Of a stretch of 64,000 nt of DNA, positions 46,105-55,300 are shown one piece after another. Within the stretch, counting starts at the first letter, position 1. Each line of letters starts with the position of its first letter. Origin of the DNA: a virus; the IMG/VR virus record IMGVR_UViG_3300016667_000726, positions 18,083-82,082 of that record, one strand, 5' to 3'. Both the position numbers and the translations under genes were made by a program. Below the pieces are notes generated by a model. It did no database searches, was not told the DNA's origin, and saw only the letters and a list, made by a program, of their open reading frames with translations.

Positions 46105-46551
46105 TCACTTCTTCTGGTCGCGTTCGTTGTCGCCGTACATGTCCCACGGAGACCGATACTCAAGCCGTGGGATCTGAGTCACGGAGTACCAGAACTCCTT
46201 CAGGATCGCGCTCATGGTCTCAAGCACGGTATTGTGCCCAAGCGCGGTCCAGAAGGACACGTCCCTCCTGATGACTGGGGTCTCACCACGACCCGTAGGT
46301 TCTTCTCGCCCAAATCTCCTACGCGGCAGCAAGGGAGACTGAACTGCCTCTCGGCTGGGCGATGGGGAGGTCATCGTGCTAGTAGGCCGCCCAAGGGCGC
46401 GGTCCCGTATCCTCTTCTTTCGTGCCGACCGAACCTCGGCACCGCAGGCATCCCGGATGTCGCAGACCTTACAATGGCGATCATGATCCGGGTCGTGCTC
46501 GCTCTCGTCCCCGAAGCAATTTGGGATATCATCGTCATCGACCACTCTCAC
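46105..46551 (-). CDS. Cys-containing hypothetical protein, first gene of the replication operon
   Basis: PNCFG...HCKVCDIRDAC; GGAGG SD; GTG start. Confidence 0.55.
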   Translation of the reverse strand: MRVVDDDDIPNCFGDESEHDPDHDRHCKVCDIRDACGAEVRSARKKRIRDRALGRPTSTMTSPSPSREAVQSPLLPRRRFGREEPTGRGETPVIRRDVSFWTALGHNTVLETMSAILKEFWYSVTQIPRLEYRSPWDMYGDNERDQKK

Positions 46552-46640
46552 CTCCTAGATACGTGTGTGGGTTTGTGTCCAACCGGCTTATGCCGGACTA
46601 TGTTAGGGTCTACACGAGACCTCAGAGTTGAGGAGCCACC
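46552..46640. promoter_or_regulatory. Divergent promoter region (replication vs head module)
   Basis: Non-coding gap at the strand switch; contains CTTATG..TATGTTAGGG, similar to 52369-52392. Confidence 0.4.
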
Positions 46641-48134
46641 ATGTCTCAGCATCGCGTGATCGACTTCCACGACGACCTAGGCGCCTCGTTCTGCGCCACT
46701 GATCTCCGCCCTCCTGAGTTTCTCAAGACGGCGTCCTTCCGGGAGACGTATGAGCTCCACGACGGAGACTTCGCCCTGATCATCGTTGATGAGGACGGAA
46801 AGGAGCACCGCAAGTTTGCCTGCAACGACGCAGGCAATACGTGGCTATCCCTCTGGTACTTTGAGAATGTTGAGTCAGGATTGCCAGAGTACGCGAAGGT
46901 GGCCGCGGCGGAGAACCTCGCGACGTACGCGGGCATCCACGAGATCGACATGGAGGATATGTTCCCGCGCACGGCGGCTCTATGCTCCGAGCTTGGGATC
47001 AGCCCTTTCCGGCACCGCACCTGGCATGGGGACGGCAACCACTCCGAGAAAGTCGGGGCGGCCCTCCCCCAGACGGCAAGCTCTCAATTTTGGGAGAGAG
47101 TCAATCGTACAGGAGTAGACCCTTCCTGGCTTCAGCCTCCAACCCCTGCCTCCCTGAGGAGGAGCCAAACGCCCAAGGTTGCCAATCTCTCTGCGGTTGG
47201 CAACCTCGCTGGCAAGGTCCTTGCTAATCCGTGGGGCCGCCGTGCAGCAGGTGCCGCGACGGGAGCAGCACTTGGCGGAGTTGGCTCCGCAACGGCTGCC
47301 TATATGACCGGGGGCGATACAGGTAAAGCCTTTAGGCGGGGAGCGGTCGTTGGAGGTATTGGAGGTCTAGGTGTGGGCCATGCCTCGACCATGGGGATGC
47401 AAGTACCTCCAAAGGTAGCCTCCTCTCCCTACCGCCTAGATGAGAGGCGTGTCCTTGTGAAGTCTGCATCCTGCGCCCCAATCCCCACGGTCAAGGAGGC
47501 GTCCGCGCCTTCAATTCTAGAGAAGGTGGCTGAGGCAGATCGTCGGTGGGAGGACTTGAACCCATGGGAGCGTCGAGTCGTCGCACTGACTCTCGCCGCC
47601 GAGGAGCCCGGATTCGGAGAGTTCCCCGCGAAGGTCGCTTCCTACATGGGAGAGGAGATTCACCCGAACATCCTCGACAACATGCGATGGAGGGCCACTC
47701 GAGTTGCGCGCTCAGACGAGGACGCCGAGAACTACCTTCGCGTGGGGGCCATGGCTAAGGTCGGAAGCCTTGACCTTGAGGATGCCGTTGAGGCGGTATT
47801 CCTACTCGATGAGAAGAATGGCGTAGTTGTCCAGAATGGCTACGGACCGTCACTCCCCGATCCATACCTAGCCGTCTACGCTGGCCTAAAGAAGGAGGCC
47901 ATGTGGGCTTGGACTCGTGGTGACGCGTACATCAACGAGCACCAGCTACGCTCTTATGTCGGAACTGCCGCCGCAAAGATTCAGATGGGCGAGCTCTTCA
48001 CCGATGACCTGATCGACAAGTTCCGCAAGGACCCGATCAAGACGTTTGAGTCCTTGCCTTCTGAGCAGAAGAAGGTGATTGCGCGCATGACCTCCAGCAC
48101 CTCTGGTCTCATCACCGGATCGTTCCGCGCATGA
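46641..48134 (+). CDS. Putative internal head/scaffold-type protein with glycine zipper and K-x-A repeats
   Basis: GAGGAG SD; GAATGAALGGVG...GAVVGGIGGLGVG; 10 of 23 lysines are in K-x-A. Confidence 0.45.
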   Translation: MSQHRVIDFHDDLGASFCATDLRPPEFLKTASFRETYELHDGDFALIIVDEDGKEHRKFACNDAGNTWLSLWYFENVESGLPEYAKVAAAENLATYAGIHEIDMEDMFPRTAALCSELGISPFRHRTWHGDGNHSEKVGAALPQTASSQFWERVNRTGVDPSWLQPPTPASLRRSQTPKVANLSAVGNLAGKVLANPWGRRAAGAATGAALGGVGSATAAYMTGGDTGKAFRRGAVVGGIGGLGVGHASTMGMQVPPKVASSPYRLDERRVLVKSASCAPIPTVKEASAPSILEKVAEADRRWEDLNPWERRVVALTLAAEEPGFGEFPAKVASYMGEEIHPNILDNMRWRATRVARSDEDAENYLRVGAMAKVGSLDLEDAVEAVFLLDEKNGVVVQNGYGPSLPDPYLAVYAGLKKEAMWAWTRGDAYINEHQLRSYVGTAAAKIQMGELFTDDLIDKFRKDPIKTFESLPSEQKKVIARMTSSTSGLITGSFRA

Positions 48135-48934
48135 GCAATTTGTTCACAGACGAGCAGACGCATCCAATCCTATTGGTGCGTGAGCTCACTAAGAAGTACG
48201 GCCCAGACTGGATGACGTGGGGTCCTGTGGTCCTACGTCAGTCCATTCAGGCGGACTTCAACGTGACGGTGTCTCGTCTGAACATGAACAAGGCTCTAGC
48301 TGCCGGAGTTGTGGCTACGCAGGATTCCTTCTGGACAAGGTGGGAGGACTTCCTGTTTCTTGCCCAGGCTCTCAACGGCAACATCCCCATCCCGGGGGAG
48401 CTGGTTGAGATGTCCATCGGTCAGATGATGGTAGCCGTAGACATCGCCAATCAGATCCGCAGAGAGCTTAAGAGCCTATCCTACGTCCCAGAGTTCTCCG
48501 AGGATGTGGCCAGGTTCGTTGCGGCGCAGGCAAAGAATCAGGGAGTCTGGTATCTACCCGCCCCTCTAGACTTCGCGGCCAAGTACGCTGCCGGGATTAA
48601 GTATCGCTGCCGGTCGTGCGGGAACACAGATGAGCTGATGTTCCATGACGGTGTGTGCGACTCCTGCTCGGATCGCTTCATGGAAGGCGGGGTCAAGCAG
48701 TTGACGGCTTGGCGCCCTAATCCCCTCTACCTTAAGGATGCTAAGAACATTGAGGTGTTCGAGGAGAACCCAACGGATAAGGTACGCGCAAGACTAGACC
48801 AGGTGTTGGGAGGCAAGGATGTTACCCTTCAGGAGAACCAGGTCGATGCGTGCGTGGCGAGATTGCTAGTCGCGCAAGAGTATCTAACCCGCAGACAATC
48901 AGAGCTACGAGCACAAGTAGGAGCCCCTCCATGA
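48131..48934 (+). CDS. Hypothetical protein with C4 zinc ribbon
   Basis: CRSCG...CDSC; ATGA coupling. Confidence 0.55.
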   Translation: MSNLFTDEQTHPILLVRELTKKYGPDWMTWGPVVLRQSIQADFNVTVSRLNMNKALAAGVVATQDSFWTRWEDFLFLAQALNGNIPIPGELVEMSIGQMMVAVDIANQIRRELKSLSYVPEFSEDVARFVAAQAKNQGVWYLPAPLDFAAKYAAGIKYRCRSCGNTDELMFHDGVCDSCSDRFMEGGVKQLTAWRPNPLYLKDAKNIEVFEENPTDKVRARLDQVLGGKDVTLQENQVDACVARLLVAQEYLTRRQSELRAQVGAPP

Positions 48935-49836
48935 TCCACCCAGCCATCGTTGCAGCAGCCCGGATCGGGGTTGAGAAGCAGGCCGCATCTCTTGGAGAGT
49001 TGGCTGCCAGGGGAGGAGCTGCAATTGGCACTGCCCTCGGTGGACGTACTGTGGACGTAGCTCGATTTGCGCCGGCTGCACTAGGCGCCCTTGGTGGGGC
49101 CTATGTCGGCTCAATGCGCCCGGATGTTGGTGGAGACCAACAGCTCACCCGGGGACAGAAGATTCGGGGAGCACTGGCCGGAGGGCTAGCAGGCGCAGGC
49201 CTGGCGCAAATGACGGGGCTCGGTAGTACGATGGCGGCAGGGTTGGCAGATCGAGCGAGGAGAACGGGCCTCCACGGAGATCAGGCCATTGTCGAGGCGA
49301 TGCGGAATATGGGGAGGAGCGCAGGTAAGTCCGTCGCATCGATTCCGGGACGGGTTGGCCAAAGCATTGCTGGTGCTGGAAGGACGGTAGCGGATACGGT
49401 CATGAATCCCGTTCGCTCCGCCAAGGACATCGTGAGCGGAGGTGCCAGTCCGATCTACCGGGCCGTTACACAACCTGGCACGGTGGGTCAGCACCTCATG
49501 AGAGAGGCCACGAATCCTGTTGGCGCTGTGTTCCTGGGACTGTCGGGGCTCGACGCGGCTAGGAATATGGCTATGACTGAGGACCCAATGACCGGGCGTC
49601 GTCGTGGTTTTGGTGAGCGCGCACTAGGCTCCGCTGCCACACTGGGAACTGGCCTAGCGTATGGGGCACATGGCGCCACTGCTCCAGGTAATGCCCTGAC
49701 TAGGTTCATCGGTCAGACTGCTGGCTCAATTGCGGCCAGGGAAGGGGCCTCAGCGCTCGGTAGGCAGCTGGATAAGCTAAGGCCTTCCCAACCGCAGCCG
49801 CTGTCTAGTCAAGGCCAAGAAGAGGGTCCCGCATGA
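48931..49836 (+). CDS. Glycine-zipper-rich putative membrane-active virion protein
   Basis: ATG 48931 (ATGA coupling); EKQAAS, then several GxxxG tracts. Confidence 0.45.
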   Translation: MIHPAIVAAARIGVEKQAASLGELAARGGAAIGTALGGRTVDVARFAPAALGALGGAYVGSMRPDVGGDQQLTRGQKIRGALAGGLAGAGLAQMTGLGSTMAAGLADRARRTGLHGDQAIVEAMRNMGRSAGKSVASIPGRVGQSIAGAGRTVADTVMNPVRSAKDIVSGGASPIYRAVTQPGTVGQHLMREATNPVGAVFLGLSGLDAARNMAMTEDPMTGRRRGFGERALGSAATLGTGLAYGAHGATAPGNALTRFIGQTAGSIAAREGASALGRQLDKLRPSQPQPLSSQGQEEGPA

Positions 49837-51839
49837 ACGGGTTCATCTCCAGCGAGACTAACCGCTACAACCCCAGAGGTACGGAAGCGGGACGTGTAGG
49901 CCGCCAGTTTGGCCTGCGGTACCCATCCCCGTTCTTTGATGTAGCGTCGCAGTTCTTGCCGGAGAACATGACGCAGCTCCTTCAGTGGTGCCGCTACTAC
50001 TTTCTCACGAACCCCATCATTAACGTCGCTGTGTCGAAACTGGCCGAGTACCCGGTTACGCCGCTAGTCTTTGAGTCTCCAGATGAGACGATGCGGCAGA
50101 ACTACAAGACGCTTGAGTCTACGCTCCGCCTTCGTTCCTTCCAGATTGGGATTGGCCTAGATTACTTTGCGTATGGCAACGCGTTCGCCTCTGTCTACAC
50201 CCCATTTGAGCGCTGGCTAAAGTGCAGGGGTTGCGGGCGTCGTCATCTCGCCCGTGAGAACCGCTCCAGGTACACCTGGAAGAACTTTGAATTCCTGCTG
50301 CGCTGCTCAAAGTGCAGCCATCATGGTGCGGCAGATGTGGTGGACACCGCGATCCGCAGTGTTCGCGACATCAAGCTCGTCAGGTGGAACCCCGAAAACA
50401 TCAGCGTTCGGTACAACGAGGCAACGGGTAAGTCTCGGTACTACTACCGAATTCCCAAGAGCATTCGTAACGACGTCACGCTCGGGGACCTTGACACGAT
50501 CGAGGCTCTGCCGATGGACTTCATCCGCGCGGTGCAGGAGAAGCAGCAGCTCCTCTTTCACCCGGACGGGATGTACCATCTCAAGCGCGAAGGTCTTGCC
50601 CAGGCGGACCAGGGCTGGGGTACCCCGCTTATCTACCCACTCCTCAAGGACGCGTTCTACCTCCAGATCATGAAGAAGGCCCAAGAGGCGCTCTTGATGG
50701 AGCATGTCGTCCCGATGAGGGTCATGTTCCCTAGCAACCAGGGTATGCCTGAAGGCATCTTCGACAACCTGAACCTGGGCACCTGGCGTAGCCGCATCGA
50801 GACCGAAGTCAATATGTGGCGTCGCGACCCCAACTACATCCCGATCTTGCCGATCCCGCTTGGGTTCCAGCAGATGGGTGGCGATGCTCGTGCCCTGATC
50901 CTGCATCAAGAGTTCCGGCTACACTCTGAGCAGATGTTGGCGGGTGCGGGTATCCCCGTTGAGTTTGTCTTCGGCGGACTACAGTGGAGCGGAACCAACA
51001 CGTCGCTCCGCGCCCTTGAGAACATGTTCCTCGGCTACAACAAGCAGCGCGAGGAGCTCGTCGTTGATTTCGTCTTGGGCAAGATTGCCGACTTTATGGG
51101 TTGGCCCCGCATCAAGGCTAAGTTCGACAGGTTCAAGATGGCGGACGATCTACAGCGCGCCATGTTCATGTTCCAGCTTAACCAGGCCAACAAGATCTCT
51201 GACCGTAAGCTCCATGAGGAGCTCGGCACGGACTTTGATGTTGAGACTCGCCGGATCAAGGATGAGCTCGGTCAGCAGCTTGAGGCGCAGCGGCGCTCGC
51301 AGGTTGCTGCTGCCGACATCCAGGGTGAGGCGTCTCTCCACACTGGCAGGTACCAAGCCAGAGCTGCCGCAATTCAGCAGCGGGTTCAGATGGAAACCCA
51401 GATGGAGATGCAGGCCCTTCAGCAGCAACAGGCCGGAGGACAGCCTCCCCAGCAACAAGAGGCCCCCGCAGGACCAGAAAACAATCCTCAGGCGCCTAGC
51501 CCCGATGAGGGAGCGACCACAGAGCCCAAGGCTAGGCCATCTGAGATTCCAGTCGCGCTTTCGGGCATGACATCCCCGCTCCAGCAGGGAGCCGGTGGCA
51601 TGGATTTGCTCATGGTCGCTAAGAAGGCGGCGGCCTACATGCGCCAAGTCCGAGAGGCCGCAGGCGAACAGTCGATGTACCAAGAGCTACAGCGTCTACA
51701 GCTACAGGATGCCAACCTGTACAAGATCGTGGTTCAGCTCCTAAATGACTCTGGATCGAAGGAGAAGCCTTTGGATGGGGCAGCTAATCCTCGTCCGGCC
51801 GGTACTTCGCAGAAGGATGTTAGCCGTACTACTGGCTAA
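49833..51839 (+). CDS. Putative portal protein with inserted zinc ribbon
   Basis: 668 aa. Portal-like layout (NPIINVAVSKLAEYP; VRWNPENISV; MYHLKR...WGTPLIYPL; EQMLAGAGIPVEF), a CRGC...CSKC insert and a Q/P-rich tail. Confidence 0.55.
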   Translation: MNGFISSETNRYNPRGTEAGRVGRQFGLRYPSPFFDVASQFLPENMTQLLQWCRYYFLTNPIINVAVSKLAEYPVTPLVFESPDETMRQNYKTLESTLRLRSFQIGIGLDYFAYGNAFASVYTPFERWLKCRGCGRRHLARENRSRYTWKNFEFLLRCSKCSHHGAADVVDTAIRSVRDIKLVRWNPENISVRYNEATGKSRYYYRIPKSIRNDVTLGDLDTIEALPMDFIRAVQEKQQLLFHPDGMYHLKREGLAQADQGWGTPLIYPLLKDAFYLQIMKKAQEALLMEHVVPMRVMFPSNQGMPEGIFDNLNLGTWRSRIETEVNMWRRDPNYIPILPIPLGFQQMGGDARALILHQEFRLHSEQMLAGAGIPVEFVFGGLQWSGTNTSLRALENMFLGYNKQREELVVDFVLGKIADFMGWPRIKAKFDRFKMADDLQRAMFMFQLNQANKISDRKLHEELGTDFDVETRRIKDELGQQLEAQRRSQVAAADIQGEASLHTGRYQARAAAIQQRVQMETQMEMQALQQQQAGGQPPQQQEAPAGPENNPQAPSPDEGATTEPKARPSEIPVALSGMTSPLQQGAGGMDLLMVAKKAAAYMRQVREAAGEQSMYQELQRLQLQDANLYKIVVQLLNDSGSKEKPLDGAANPRPAGTSQKDVSRTTG

Positions 51840-51849
51840 GGAAGACGCC

Positions 51850-52170
51850 CTAGTCTTGGACTAGGAGCGTCAAGACGATGGAGCGCTCCCCGCAGAAGGA
51901 GCACTCCCCGTCTTTCCAATAGGGCCTACGGCTCCACGAGCCGAGATTGCGAGAGCAGGAACTGCAAGCCCATGCCCTAGCGATCTCTCCCAAGTCCTCC
52001 TCAAGCGCTTTACAGGCGCCACAGTCGACTAGGGAACATCGGCGCTGAATTACCGGGCAGTAGGCCAGCTTCTGGGGCAGCTCATGATCAGGTGACCTAG
52101 TAGGTAGAGGAGCAGGCTCTCCAAGACCATTGGCCTTGGATAGGGCTCGTTCTAATCTCCTAGTGTCCAC
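51850..52170 (-). CDS. Cys-rich zinc-finger protein (antisense)
   Basis: CP...C...CGAC...CSSC...CSFC; fills the gap between the portal and RNAP genes. Confidence 0.55.
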   Translation of the reverse strand: MDTRRLERALSKANGLGEPAPLPTRSPDHELPQKLAYCPVIQRRCSLVDCGACKALEEDLGEIARAWACSSCSRNLGSWSRRPYWKDGECSFCGERSIVLTLLVQD

Positions 52171-52321
52171 AGAAGACTCCCTGTCACGTTACCAAACCCG
52201 GTCAGGAACCCTGCCAGGAATGAGAACCCGAAGATCCATAGGGCCATTAGCGCCCCCCACCGATCAAGGGGGTGATAATCATTGCCAAGACTAGCTTGGC
52301 GAACTCCTCAATCGAACTCAT
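52152..52321 (-). pseudogene. Small two-TM membrane ORF split by a G6 run (frameshifted, phase-variable or assembly error)
   Basis: GGGAG SD + ATG 52321 gives MSSIEEFAKLVLAMIITPLIGGGR*; one extra G at 52253-52258 continues as ALMALWIFGFSFLAGFLTGFGNVTGSLLWTLGD*. Confidence 0.35.
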
Positions 52322-52396
52322 GATGGTACTCCCATGGCGGGGCGAGATATGCTACCTCCGCCATAGTACTTATGACCGAATCATGCTGAGGGATTG
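52322..52396. promoter_or_regulatory. Divergent promoter region upstream of RNAP
   Basis: ATGGCGG/CCGCCAT inverted repeat (52334-52364) around TATGCT, plus CTTATGACCGAATCATGCTGAGGG. Confidence 0.35.
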
Positions 52397-55300
52397 ATGG
52401 CCAACCTGCTCAACCCAGTCCAGGCGTTCGAAACTCTCAAGCAGCGGGTAGTCGAGGCATTTAGGGCTCACTTCCCGATCGAGGGTCAGCAGAATCGTCT
52501 TGAGCTGGTCGACATCTCCGTCGAAGACTCAAACGACCCAGGCTCTCCCTACCACATTGATAATATCAAGGCGCAGGAAGAGGCCAAGCTGAGCGGCGGG
52601 TCGTGGGACATCCCGGTCAAGGGCAGGATGCGGCTGGTCCGTAAGTCAGACGGGAAGGTGTTGGACGAGTCTAGGATCACGCTTGCCAAGATTCCCAAGA
52701 TCACGAGCCGCTACAGCTACATCGTGGAGGGCAATGAGCGCCAGCATGACGGGGTGTTTCGTCTACGCTCGCGTCCGTACCACTTTACGGCTGACAATGG
52801 AGTGATCAAGGCTCAGTGGAACATGGCCAAGGGTCTCGGCTTTGACCTGTTCATCGCCGACCGTAAGACCGGGTTCATCAAGATGAACATCGGTACCTCC
52901 AACTTGCCGGTGTACTCTGTGCTCAACGCGCTCGGCGTAAGTGACGAGGAGATGCGTCAGTCGTGGGGGTCTGAGACTTTTGAGGCGAACAAGAAGAAGG
53001 CAAAGCCTGACGACCTTCTCAAGATCACCAAGCTTATCAAGCGTCCTAAGAAGGGGGAGCCCGCTCCTACGGCGGCCTCTGCCAGAGCAGACGTAGCCAA
53101 CTACTTCACGACTCAGACTAAGCTTCGCCCTGACGCGATGTACTCGGCGTTTGGGATCAAGGACGATCATGTCAATGGGCAGAACCTGCTCATGTCGGCA
53201 ACACGCATCCTAGGCATTAGCCGAGGTACGACTGGAGAGGATGATCGTCAGTCCTTGGCTGCGAAGGACCTCACCAGCACTGAGGACTTCATCGCTGAGG
53301 CCATCACCAATCGATCCAGGGACATTGAGAAGAACATTCGAGAGAACGTCGACCGTAAGACCCGGGTTGCGGACGTCATCTCGAACTACCCCTACACCAA
53401 GATCATCCGCCAGACGTTCACCAACGCACAGCGTCCGGAGCAGACCAACCCTCTTACGTTCGTTTCCGGGTACCTCCGCACTACGATTCGTGGTGCCGAC
53501 TTCGGCGGTATCAAGGGTGAGCAGGTCAACCTCGACCGCGACCAGCAGATCAATCCATCCCACCTGGGATTCCTAGATGCGGTCCAAACTCCTGAGGGCA
53601 CAGAGACGGGTATTGCGCTCCATCTTCCCCTGGGCGTGAAGAAGGTCGATAAGGAGCTCAAGACCACAGTCTGGGATGTCAAGGCCGGAAAGAGTGTCGA
53701 CGTCACTCCTGCTGAGATGGAACGCGCAGTCGTAGCGTACCCAGATCAGGTCGAATGGAGGGGCGGAAAGCCGGTTCCTCGTGAGCCCATCGTTACGGTC
53801 TACGACAATGACCGCTCAACGACTCGCCGTCCGTGGGCAGACGTCCAGTACGTGCTGCCGTCAGCCAAGGCTACCCTTAGCTTCTCCGCCAATCTTGTGC
53901 CGTTCCTACAGAACAACAACGGCAACCGAGCCATGATGGCGGCGAAGCAACAGGAGCAGGCTGTCTCCCTCAAGTATCGTGAGGCCCCGCTAGTTCAGGC
54001 CAAGACTGATGGAGCGTTGACGTTTGATGAGTTGCTCGGGACCGTGTCCTCCCACCGAGCACCCGTAGACGGAGTAGTTGAGTCCGTCTCCGCAGATGAG
54101 ATCGTCATTCGTAGCGCAGATGGCAAGCGAGTCCCTGTCAGTATCTACAACCACTTCCCGCTCAATGGCGGGAAGACGATGCTGCATGCCGATCCCGTCG
54201 TCAAGAAGGGAGACCAAGTAAAGAAGCACCAGCTCATCGCAGACACGAACTACACAAAGGACGGCCGACTAGCTCTGGGGACCAACATTCGAGTTGCTTA
54301 CATTCCATACGAGGGACGTAACTTTGAAGATGGCATTGTCGTCTCCGAGAGCGCAGCAAAGAAGTTGACCTCCTCGCATCTGCATGAGGAGAGCCTCTTC
54401 CTGTACGAGGGCATGCAGGTCAACCGTAATCGGTGGAAGGACTACACAATCCCTGAGCGGTCTAGAGCGGACAGACTAGCAAAGCTGGATGAGAATGGCG
54501 TCGTGAAGGTCGGAGAGAAGGTCCGCCATGGCGATATCCTCGTCGCGGCGATTGCTCCTCAGCGGACGCTGTCTCAAGACCAACTCGACATGGCCTCGAT
54601 CCGCAAGTCTCTCGTTCGTGGATTTAGGGATTCCGCCCTGAGCTGGGAACACGACCACGAGGGTACCGTTGCTAAGGTTGTGCGCGCGAACAACAAGATC
54701 ACCGTCTTTGTGCGCACAGATGAGCCCCTAATCGTTGGCGATAAGCTCTCTGGCCGCCACGGGAACAAGGGGATCGTCTCTAGGATCATTCCCGATCATG
54801 AGATGCCGCACGACAAGGCAGGCAACCCAGTACAGATCCTGCTCAATGTAGCGGGCGTACCTAGCCGTATGAATGTGGGTCAGGCGCTTGAAACAGCTGC
54901 GTCGAAGATCGCCAAGAAGACCGGACAGACCTACGTCACCGAAAACTTCCAACCCGGCGTGGACTACACCCAGACAGTCCTCAACGACCTAAAGAAGCAC
55001 AACCTGAGTGACACTGAGGAGCTTACGGATCCAAAGACTGGGCGGTCACTAGGCCCAATCATGGTCGGCGATCAGTACATCATCAAGCTTCACCAGCAGG
55101 TGGAGAAGAAGATGACTGCCCGCTCCTATGGGGATCGCTACTCAGCCGTCTCAGGAGCTCCTCCAAAGGGGTCCGGGATCCCAGGTGGCGGACAGAAGCT
55201 CGATCAGCTGACGACCTACGCACTTCTGGCACATGGTGCTGTACACAACCTCAGGGAGGCGCAGACATACAAGTCTGACGTAGACCAAGAGGATGTATGG

